Assembly (NCBI GenBank): GCA_002269645.1
Contig: NIVC01002260.1
Location: 1 to 64,000, forward strand
Direction: 5' to 3'
Length of the DNA: 64,000 nt
DNA from: Macrostomum lignano
Lineage: Eukaryota
In this document: positions 32,980 through 42,559 of the stretch, piece by piece
Layout of the letters: each line of letters begins with the position of its first letter
Numbering within the stretch: position 1 is the stretch's first letter
Position numbers and translations under genes: made by a program
The notes under the pieces: model-generated
Database searches by the model: none
What the model saw: the letters and a program-made list of their open reading frames with translations, nothing else
Told to the model about the DNA's origin: nothing

Positions 32980-34035
32980 CGGAGTTGAGGCACAGAGCAG
33001 AGTCCGGATCCGAGCGGAGTTGAGGCACAGAGCAGAGCCCGGATCCGAGCGGAGTTGAGGCACAGAGCAGAGCCCGGATCCGAGCGGAGTTGAGGCACAG
33101 AGCAGAGCCCGGATCCGAGCGGAGTTGAGGCACAGAGCAGAGTCCGGATCCGAGCGGAGTTGAGGCACAGAGCAGAGTCCGGATCCGAGCGGAGTTGAGG
33201 CACAGAGCAGAGCCCGGATCCGAGCGGAGTTGAGGCACAGAGCAGAGCCCGGATCCGAGCGGAGTTGAGGCACAGAGCAGAGCCCGGATCCGAGCGGAGT
33301 TGAGGCACAGAGCAGAGTCCGGATCCGAGCGGAGTTGAGGCACAGAGCAGAGTCCGGATCCGAGCGGAGTTGAGGCACAGAGCAGAGCCCGGATCCGAGC
33401 GGAGTTGAGGCACAGAGCAGAGCCCGGATCCGAGCGGAGTTGAGGCACAGAGCAGAGTCCGGATCCGAGCGGAGTTGAGGCACAGAGCAGAGCCCGGATC
33501 CGAGCGGAGTTGAGGCACAGAGCAGAGTCCGGATCCGAGCGGAGTTGAGGCACAGAGCAGAGCCCGGATCCGAGCGGAGTTGAGGCACAGAGCAGAGCCC
33601 GAATCCGAGCGGAGTTGAGGCACAGAGCAGAGTCCGGATCCGAGCGGAGTTGAGGCACAGAGCAGAGTCCGGATCCGAGCGGAGTTGAGGCACAGAGCAG
33701 AGTCCGGATCCGAGCGGAGTTGAGGCACAGAGCAGAGCCCGGATCCGAGCGGAGTTGAGGCACAGAGCAGAGTCCGGATCCGAGCGGAGTTGAGGCACAG
33801 AGCAGAGTCCGGATCCGAGCGGAGTTGAGGCACAGAGCAGAGTCCGGATCCGAGCGGAGTTGAGGCACAGAGCAGAGTCCGGATCCGAGCGGAGTTGAGG
33901 CACAGAGCAGAGTCCGGATCCGAGCGGAGTTGAGGCACAGAGCAGAGCCCGGATCCGAGCGGAGTTGAGGCACAGAGCAGAGCCCGGATCCGAGCGGAGT
34001 TGAGGCACAGAGCAGAGCCCGGATCCGAGCGGAGT
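32980..34035. repeat. 35-bp satellite (GAGTTGAGGCACAGAGCAGAG[T/C]CCGGATCCGAGCG), ~30 copies
   Basis: GGATCC recurs with period 35 (33006, 33041 and onward); nearly homogeneous, with one main C/T variant. Confidence 0.97.
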
Positions 34036-34842
34036 CGAGGTGCGGAGTGGGGTCGGAATTTTGGGCCAGTTTACGTATCTGCGGGTAAATAAAGGCCTTG
34101 ACTTGGTTTTATTGTGGAGTATCATTCATAAAGTCACTGTTACTTGGTACAGGGCCGCTTGACAATCGAAAGCGTATCTACTATCATATTAGGGTGTTAA
34201 TAGCTAAGAAACGTCAGCAAAAGACGCTTGAGCACAAGGTCGCAGCTAAATTGACACACTGGTACAATCTCTGTGCCAGTACAAATGAGGGCACACCAAT
34301 ACGAACTGGGACCAGCAGTTAAAGAATTTACCAGGCGATCAGTTGTTGCTCTACCCGTGCACTTTGCTGGGCAAATAGCGCATAATGAGACAGCAGCTGA
34401 TTAGATACGGGCTATTGGGCTCATCGAGAGCTTTGACTCGCCTGATAACACGAAAGGTTTCGCCTGCGTGCCAAGGAGCTGGGCTGGAGTTGAATTAAAT
34501 TATCATATTTCATTGCTTTGCCTGAAAACAAAGACAACTCGAAGAGCGGCTGCTCAAGCCAACACAAGTTTATTGCACAGAATTGGAAATGCGTTTAGGA
34601 AGAGGCAGGTCTGTAATCAAAAGTGAGAGCTCGAGCTATCGAGCCTGAGCTGCGCCAAATATGGGAGTGGAGCAACGATAAGAAGAAAGAAATCGACCAA
34701 AAGGAGCAAGCAGACGCGATAAGAGAAAGTTAGCGCTATTCGTTACTTAAACAAGCGTACTTTGATTCCCCGTGTCTGCCGCTTCACTAAGTATTCGTTT
34801 ATAGAATTTTTTTGATTCGCAGTACCACCCGCAGGTGTATCA

Positions 34843-36435
34843 ATGAGCCGCGAGTTCCTCCTGGAAGAGAAGATCATCGCCGTCAAGAAGTCGCACTTCG
34901 AAGGCGTTGGAGTGGTCGGTGGCTTGGACAGAGGTACCAAATATTATTATGCAACACTATTTTAAACTAAACATACCAATACTGGTACTTGTGCCTGTAA
35001 GCGTATTTAAAATCTCGGTGCCACCAGGCTGCACGCTGACAAAGGTCCTGTTCAGCACCGTGAAGGATGATGAGCATTACAACCTGCACTTCGCTCTGTT
35101 CAAGAACTCTCACTTCGAGGCCGGCTTGGACTACCTGAAGGAGAAGGGCATGGTTGTTCAGGTACCCGGAGCAAAGCTGCACGTCACTGGAGCTGGTTGC
35201 GACATGCACCGCGAGCTGATCAAGCAGAAGCTGGGACTCGAGTACGTCCCACTGAAGCAATGAGCACACAGAAGTTGGATTGGTAATTAACTCATGCTGC
35301 AAAACTGTCTCTCCCCTATTCAGAATCCAATTCATCAACGAGTTCCTCACGCAAGGCCGCGGCACCCACTGGCTAATAGGGTGCGCTGATGACTCCGAGA
35401 TCTGCTACCCGGAGCCCGAGCTGGATATGTCCGAGTTTGAGGGCCTCCAAGCAAACAACTTCCTACAAAAACTAATCGAAAAGGCTAAGAAAGACCTCGG
35501 AGAGCCCATAGAGGGCCAGAAGTTTCCCTGCATGATGCTGTTCATGGGATCTGGTGGTGGAATAATGAAGGTCAGTTAAAATGGAAGACTTTTGTAGAAG
35601 AATATGCAATAACAGCAAAGTTCACTTGGATCATTCGGTTTTAAACAACAAAAAATCAGATCGAGGAGAACGGAATGTCTGACATGGTCGGTGGACTTTG
35701 GTTCGCCGGTCGCAGCTTCCTTGGCCTGAGCAAGCTGCTGCTGGGCACCGATGACTACGATGAGATCCTGGAGCTGGCCAGCAAGGGAAGGCGAAACAAT
35801 GTCGATACGGAGGTGAAGGACGTCCTTGCCAACGATCCGAACTCGCCGTACGGTCAGCTTCCGCCGAACCTTCCTGTCTTTCCGTTCGGCAAGGCGGTTG
35901 ATACTGACAAGACACGTAAGGGTGTAAAGCACATGTTTAGGAGTGGAAAAGTACGTATGACTGAGTGAAAGTCAACAAAGTTATTACATTGGACCCTAAC
36001 CCATTAATACAGTGGCTGACCTGAGCCGAGAAGACTTGGCGAACTCCATCGTGTTCAGCTTTGCGTACAACGCATTCACAAACTTGGCTTTGGCGGCTCA
36101 GACTTCCAAGATCCCCAAGCTCTACATGGGCGGCAACTTTTTTCGCCACGAGCTCATTCGAGCCGAGATTCTTAAAATCGTGCGCCTTTTCACTGGCGTA
36201 AGCTTCGTTCATTATTCGTAAATATTTTTTGATAACCAGACTTGCCTTTTATCGATTCAAAACTGTTTACTGCTGATGCAATTCGCAGGAGTCAATCGCG
36301 CTGAAGTTTCTGATTACTGGCCACACTGGAGCCATTGGCGCCATGATCAGCAAGCCGGAGGACGAGTTCAAGTACCTGGCCTTCATGCAGCAGCAGGCTC
36401 AGCAGGCGCCCGACGGAGCCAACTCTCCAGCTTGA
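34843..36435 (+). CDS. Divergent type II (eukaryotic, Fumble-like) pantothenate-kinase-like protein (6 exons, 379 aa)
   Basis: Exons 34843-34933, 35028-35241, 35324-35570, 35660-35915, 36013-36197 and 36289-36435; all GT-AG and in frame (1140 nt). Motifs are collinear with PanK-II: DRGCTLTK (DIGGTLVK), VTGAG (ATGGG), NEF (DEL), FMGSG (NIGSG), GRSFLGLSKLLLG (GGTFLGLCSLLTG), PFGK (SFGN), SREDLA, GNFFR and GAIGAM (GAVGAL). Confidence 0.88.
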
Positions 36436-36964
36436 CCAATGGTGGCTGATTGGGACTGAGCATGTTTGAAATTTTCGAATTGTTACAATACAGAGAATTC
36501 TTAAGATTTAGATTATATTCATGTATTTGCACTTGCTGATTTATTTCTGGTATGCTACTCCTACCGAGCTTGGTTGATGAGCGTACAGCCTATACTTTAT
36601 TAAAAACAAAGACTACGCTCGTACCAGTATTTCTGAGAAAATTTAATCAGTCTAAAGTCTCTTCCAGAAAAACCCAGAAAATGCCTGCACTTGTACAGGT
36701 GTAGAGCAGCTATGTACAATATTCATAGCCACCGCTGCACAATACGAATACACTAGCTGCTATTTAAGTACAGTGCGCACATTGATACAATAATGTACGC
36801 TTCCTATTGCTCTTTTTTCAACCCTTTAACGAAATAGACCCGGCTTTCTCACCTAAACAATCGAGTGCTCGCAGTCTCGATGCAATAAAATAAACTGCTC
36901 GCTGCACGGTCAGGCATCAGAACTTTGCGCAGCGGAATCTGTCCTCACAATAACGAATTGAATA

Positions 36965-38338
36965 ATGCAAATCCACGCTCTGAGAGGCGTTCTCTTGGCT
37001 TGCTTGATGAAGCTTTGCACCAAGATAACTGAGACGTTATTTACGATAGAAGATCCATCAAACTTTCGGCTGTCGAACGAAGCCGGCTCTTTAAATGAAT
37101 CGTGCCATTTCTCCACTGAGCTATCAGCAAACAACTCTCAAGCATCAATCACCACGTGGATCTACACCTTAAGATACTCACTGCCAGTACTTGGTGGGCT
37201 GATCTCCAGCGTTTGGTTTGGAACTGTCGCCGTACTTCAGATCGGTGGGATTATTATGCTGCTGTCGACTGTCCTGCTATCCGTATCGGTGTACCTCGGA
37301 TTCATGTGCCAAGCATCGCCAATAATTACAGTCACATGGCTACTGCTTCCAGTGTTCTACGGGCTCACTCAACCGAGCATAGTGCACTGCATGTTCAGCT
37401 GGTTCAAGCGGCCGAAGCTTTTCACAATTGTATCAGCAATATATTATGCAGTTTCCGTAACTGGAAAATACATCGCGCTGTTGTTGTTGCCACTGAACAA
37501 AGCTGAGTGGTTGGGACCTAATTCGTCTGTCATCTACATTGCAATAAGCGTACTGTTCGTTGCCTTGCCGTCTTTCTTCCCGGTAGTGTCCCGCGAAGAA
37601 CCATTCGAAATGCCAACCCTATTTAGAATGAGCAGGTACTTCCAGATCTTCTCTGCCCTCATAATATTCCTTTTTGCCGTCGACGACACCAGATCTGCTG
37701 TCTACGCAACGGAACTTGAGTATTATCTCAATGCGACAGCGAATTTCGAGACCTACTTCTGGCTTTCCCCGAAAACACAAAACCTCACTGCCATGCTGGT
37801 CAGCTGCGTGGCTCTGATAATTGCTGCCTCCATCAGCCGACGGCAGCTTCCCGTTGGGCTTCGGATGCAGGCCGGGATCCTCCTCGGAGCTGCGGTTGCA
37901 GCGAGTCTCACCGTCTTCACCGCGGTCGCTAAAAAGCCCGGCTACTCGGCTGTGGTCACTGTTTACACGGCAGCCTCTATCCTAGATGCAGCTGCTGAGG
38001 TTCTGGTCATGACCGGTGCCTACGACCTGCTTCAGCAGATTACGCCTGGTGGCACCGAGTCTTTCGTCATCGGGATCATGTTCACTGTGTGGGGTCTGGC
38101 CAACCTCGCTAGCCAGGTGGCCCTTCTAACGATGTCTCGATGGCTGCAGCCGCTGGACGACGATCATCCCAAACTGTTTGTGTACCACCTCGTGTCGGTC
38201 ATGCTGCTTCTGGTCTGCTCTGCTTACCACAAAATCATTGCTCTGCCTCTGGCAGCTCAGGTGACCCCTACAGAAATATTGAATGAGGAAGAGACAGTAA
38301 GTGAGCTGCAACCTCTGCTGAGTTCAGATGACGTATGA
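36965..38338 (+). CDS. Divergent POT/PTR2 (SLC15-like) transporter, paralog E (457 aa, intronless)
   Basis: Intact ORF, same motifs as paralogs A-D; tail ELQPLL; AATAAA at ~38361. Confidence 0.85.
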   Translation: MQIHALRGVLLACLMKLCTKITETLFTIEDPSNFRLSNEAGSLNESCHFSTELSANNSQASITTWIYTLRYSLPVLGGLISSVWFGTVAVLQIGGIIMLLSTVLLSVSVYLGFMCQASPIITVTWLLLPVFYGLTQPSIVHCMFSWFKRPKLFTIVSAIYYAVSVTGKYIALLLLPLNKAEWLGPNSSVIYIAISVLFVALPSFFPVVSREEPFEMPTLFRMSRYFQIFSALIIFLFAVDDTRSAVYATELEYYLNATANFETYFWLSPKTQNLTAMLVSCVALIIAASISRRQLPVGLRMQAGILLGAAVAASLTVFTAVAKKPGYSAVVTVYTAASILDAAAEVLVMTGAYDLLQQITPGGTESFVIGIMFTVWGLANLASQVALLTMSRWLQPLDDDHPKLFVYHLVSVMLLLVCSAYHKIIALPLAAQVTPTEILNEEETVSELQPLLSSDDV

Positions 38339-38630
38339 AAGTGACAGATTGATTTTGTCAATAAAGAAATTTACTGTTTTTATGTGTAATACATTTAGTC
38401 GATTTCGACATGCAGTTTTCTCTTTCTGAATGACACCCAAAAGTTCAGTTGTGTTCTACTTGACTTTGTAAACTTTCTGTAGCGACTAAAATACTACCTC
38501 TGATGGATAGAAAATGCTGAAAAAATACTCAATTTGTTCATTCGACTAGTTATAGCTTATTGCATCAAAAACGACCTCGATTTTAAGGAGTTCAGAAATG
38601 AATTTGGAATTCTGGACCTAAGGTGTCACC

Positions 38631-41301
38631 TGTAGAGAGCGAAGCCGAGAGAGAGAAAGTTGTGTTGTGTGTAGCCGATAAAGCCTCAATCCATTGTAGG
38701 CTCTGTGCGATCGATTTATATATTTAGCAGCGACCCTGCAGTCGAGACTGAGTACATTAACAACAGAAAGCCAAGAATATTGGATGTACATCGGAAATGC
38801 ACACCAGGACTAAAAACACTTATTATGCAAGCACTGGGCAGCAGGTGCCTACAATTCTCCCCAACCAGAGAGATCCCAGGGGATAAAAAAAACGAGCTCA
38901 ATTATTCAGTTACTACCGGCCCAAACCCCAAAGCAATCAAAGCGGCCCGCCCACGCACAAAAACCCTAGGATCACAATTTGTAGCTGAGCACTCTGTTAC
39001 GGGCAGCTCTTGGATGTTCTCGCGTGGCGATGCTACCGCTGGGTAGACCGGCGGGCTCTCCGGCAGGTTGGCCGGCAGGTTGGCCGGCAGGCTCTTCGGC
39101 AGGCTGGCCGGCAGGCTGGCCGGCAGGCTGGCCGGCAGGCTCTTCGGCAGGTTGGCCGGCAGGTTCGCCGGCAGGTTTGCCGGCAGGCTCTCCGGCAGGC
39201 TGGCCGGCAGGCTCTCCGGCAGGTTGGCCGGCAGGTTGGCCGGCAGGCTGGCCGGCAGGCTCTCCGGCAGGCTGGCCGGCAGGCTGGCCGGCAGGCTCTC
39301 CGGCAGGCTGGCCGGCAGGCTGGCCGGCAGGCTCTCCGACCAGGGGCCGCAGCTGCGAGACGTGGCGCATGCAGGACTGTTCGCCGCGTTGCAGGACACA
39401 CGTGTTTCCCTGGACCTGCTTGACTGTCCAAGGATGTGGCTCGAACGGCAGCTGCAGTTTGTTACGTGGCTGCTTCTTTCGCAGAACTTTGTTGCCGACT
39501 CTGACGCCGTGCTCCTTGACGCCCTTGCGATCATCGAAGCGCGCCTTCATGTCTTGGACATAGTTTCTGTGCCAGCTCTGCACCTCTTCATGGTTAACGT
39601 CGATGAGCTGTGATGGTTTGATGGTCGGGATGCCGTCGTTCATCGTCCTGCCCATGAGTAGCTCAGCGGTGCGCGGCCGGTCGCTCGATGTGGTGTCGTG
39701 CGGAACGCCAACAGCCAGTCCTCGATAGCCTCCCGCCAGTTACGACCTTCGGCCACTGCCGTCTGAATCACTTTCCCGATGCTGCGGTTGACTCGCTCCG
39801 TCGCTCCATTGGATTCTGGGTGCAGCGGGCAGATGAGGCGGTGGTGAATGCCGTACGAAGCGAGGAAGCTGCGGAAAGCTGCCGAGCTGAATGGCGGGCC
39901 GTTGTCGGTGACCACATCAATCGGGACGCCGTACCTGCCGAACAGCCTCCGCAGGTGGGGGGTCACGCTCTCCGCCGTCGTCGAGTTGAGAAAATTGACT
40001 TCTGGGTATTTTGAAAACAAGTCGGTGGTGACCAGGAGCATCTGGCCCTGCACTGGGCCGTAGAAATCCATACCTAGTAGCAGCCAGGCACCGTCCGGAA
40101 TATCTGTCGGCCTCAATGGTGTCTGTCGCAATCCGGTGGCCGCAGCCTGGCACAGTGTGCAGACGTCGGATGGGTATTTGTCGGGGTTGTACAGCGCGAA
40201 CACATCCTCGTTGACGGAGCCGTCGGCAGCTGTGAATACAGCATTGGTGCTGATTTGCTGCTGTGGGATCCGGCTGCTGTTTGACTGCCGAGGCTGACGG
40301 CAGGCAAGAGCGAGGTGGTTGGGCTTACCGCAGTTGTGGCAGATCTTGCCCTTGGCAGCGTCGCAGGTAGCGTGGCCTTTCTCGCCGCAGCGGTAGCAGG
40401 TGCGCTGCTGCTGGTCGCCGGGCCTGCTGGTCGTCTGAGCCGGGCCACGCCTGTTCGTTCTCACCTTGTCTCACCTTGCGAGTCTGTCTTCTCCATCTGG
40501 GTGGCTTGTTCCTCTGCAGCCTCGAATGCCCTCGCCTTTCGCAAGGCCTCTTCCAGGCTGATGTTCGCCTCCTGAAGCAGCCGCCTGCGCAGCTTGTCAG
40601 AGCTGCAGGTTGCCACGAGCTGGTCTCTGATGAGCGAGTCCTTCAGCTGCTCGAAGTCGCACGGCTCTGCCGCAGTGCGCAGTCTGGCGTACCAGGACTC
40701 GATGGACTCTCCGGTGGCCTGGGTGCATAGGCGGAACTGATATCTGGCGAATACTATGTTCTTTCTTCCGTTGAAGAATGTCTTCAAAGCGTCCAGCGTC
40801 TGCTTGAGGGTGACTTGGCCGTCCTCTGTGGCCGCTGCAGGCTTGGCCTCCTCGCGGATGATGTCGGCGATTTCCTTGCCTGCTGTGTAGCTGAGTAGTT
40901 TGCACTTTTGCTTCTCGTTGGTGATGCCTGATGCATCGATGAAGTCTTCAAAGCGGTCCGCCCATTGACTCCAGCGCTTGCCCGCGTTGTGTGGGTCTGC
41001 TGATACTGAGAATGGCTCAGGTGGGGGCAGTGAGAGAAAGTTGGCTGCCATGATTTGTTTACCGCGCGGTAGGCGGCTTGCGACGCCACTGTAGAGAGCG
41101 AAGCCGAGAGAGAGAAAGTTGTGTTGTGTGTAGCCGATAAAGCCTCAATCCATTGTAGGCTCTGTGCGATCGATTTATATATTTAGCAGCGACCCTGCAG
41201 TTGAGACTGCGTACATTAAAAACAGAAAGCCAAGAATATTGGATGTACATCGGAAATGCACACCAGGACTAAAAACACTTATTATGCAGCAGGTGCCTAC
41301 A
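38631..41301 (-). mobile_element. Gypsy-type (Mag-like) LTR retrotransposon, internally deleted (gag + integrase only)
   Basis: LTRs 38631-38853 and 41090-41301 (TG...CA; by eye 3 substitutions and one 11-bp indel). 5-bp TSD TCACC. PBS-like TGGCGTCGCAAG next to the 5' LTR; PPT GGGGAGAA next to the 3' LTR. Gag 41051-40461, zinc knuckles, integrase DFYGP / TDNGPPF / NGATER. No protease, RT or RNase H. Confidence 0.93.
39050..39335. repeat. 12-bp repeat encoding (PAGQ/PAGE)n in the integrase C-terminal tail
   Basis: Directly visible inside ORF 38972-39655. Confidence 0.9.
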
Positions 41302-42559
41302 TCACCAATGTGTAATAACTGTATCGCAGTGTTGCCTTATAGACTCAGAAAAGCCTCAAAACTGCCTCTAACTCATGTATTTCTTGGAGTCATTTTGTTC
41401 TTTAAAAATTCGATTCAGTAAAGTCTGACCAATTTTAGCAGCACTAATAACAGTTGCGGAAACATGAAATCTGTTATCTACGAAACTTAATAATTTCATA
41501 CATACTGCATTGGATCAAGCGGATGTCTTGCGCTGGCTTAGGCGGGAGGCGCTGTTTATGCCTCATGTCCCACTGGGCCCTGATGCAACAAGATACTTGC
41601 TAGACAGCCGTTCTGCATTGCGCATTCCATGCACGAGTTTAAGCATATGGGGCAACTTGATCTTGATTAGACAAACATTTCAAAACAGGACGCTTTGTTT
41701 TCCATACATGTACAAGGCCTTGTTAATCAGGAGAGGGCTGCATGGCTTCGCCACAAACTATCTTCAGCAGATGTTTCGCTTATCATAACCTCGCTGATTC
41801 CTAGTTCAAGTGCAGCTCCACTTGCCACGCACCAGGACGCAAATGAATTTTCAAAAAAGTTTGTCAGGACTCAGTAAGAATTTACTGCCAAAAAATTCCC
41901 TTGGAGTCCTATGAACTGTTGCGCGACACTTAAAAAATCCACCGAGGAAGTTTTATACGAACGCATTTTCATATTTTTTATTATCAAATTGATTCGAATT
42001 GCTTCTTGGGGTAAATAAGAGAAACTTTGTCTTTCGGTCAGCATTTTTTGCCTACGGCTTCTCAGCGCCGGGGCACCGGCAAGAGAGTTTGAAACACGCA
42101 TTCCCCGAGGGACGCGCTTTTGTAACCATGGACGGGGCATATTTACTGATGTCAGTAGCATGCTGCGCAACTCTGCCCATTTAACCAAGTCAAAGCCACT
42201 CTCTCACCCACTCTCCACCACTCTCTCATCACTCTCTCTAAAATACTCTACCACCAACTCTGTCACCATTCTTTCTGCATCCACTCCAATAAAGGACTAC
42301 TCAGTTAGGAGAGGAAACTATGTTTCTTGGAAAAATTTAGGAGGCAGGTTATATCGAAAAAACCATTAGGGAGAATGGAGGTTAATCACTTTTTCAGCAC
42401 AAAATTTGTAATTTCTTTTGACAGCAGGGAGACCCAATATTCATCTTTTGACATATGCATGACTTGCAGCTGTATTGATATTCGTAGAGCTTGGTACATG
42501 TATATCTACCCCCTCTGCCAGTTACGTCACAGCAACGTTGCTGCAACATAACCTGGCAG

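Noticed and set aside
32921-34125. Three 330-380-aa ORFs and a CRISPR-like look of the 35-bp array
   Set aside because: The ORFs are stop-free readings of a satellite. The units are head-to-tail with no unique spacers, there are no cas genes, and the context is eukaryotic.
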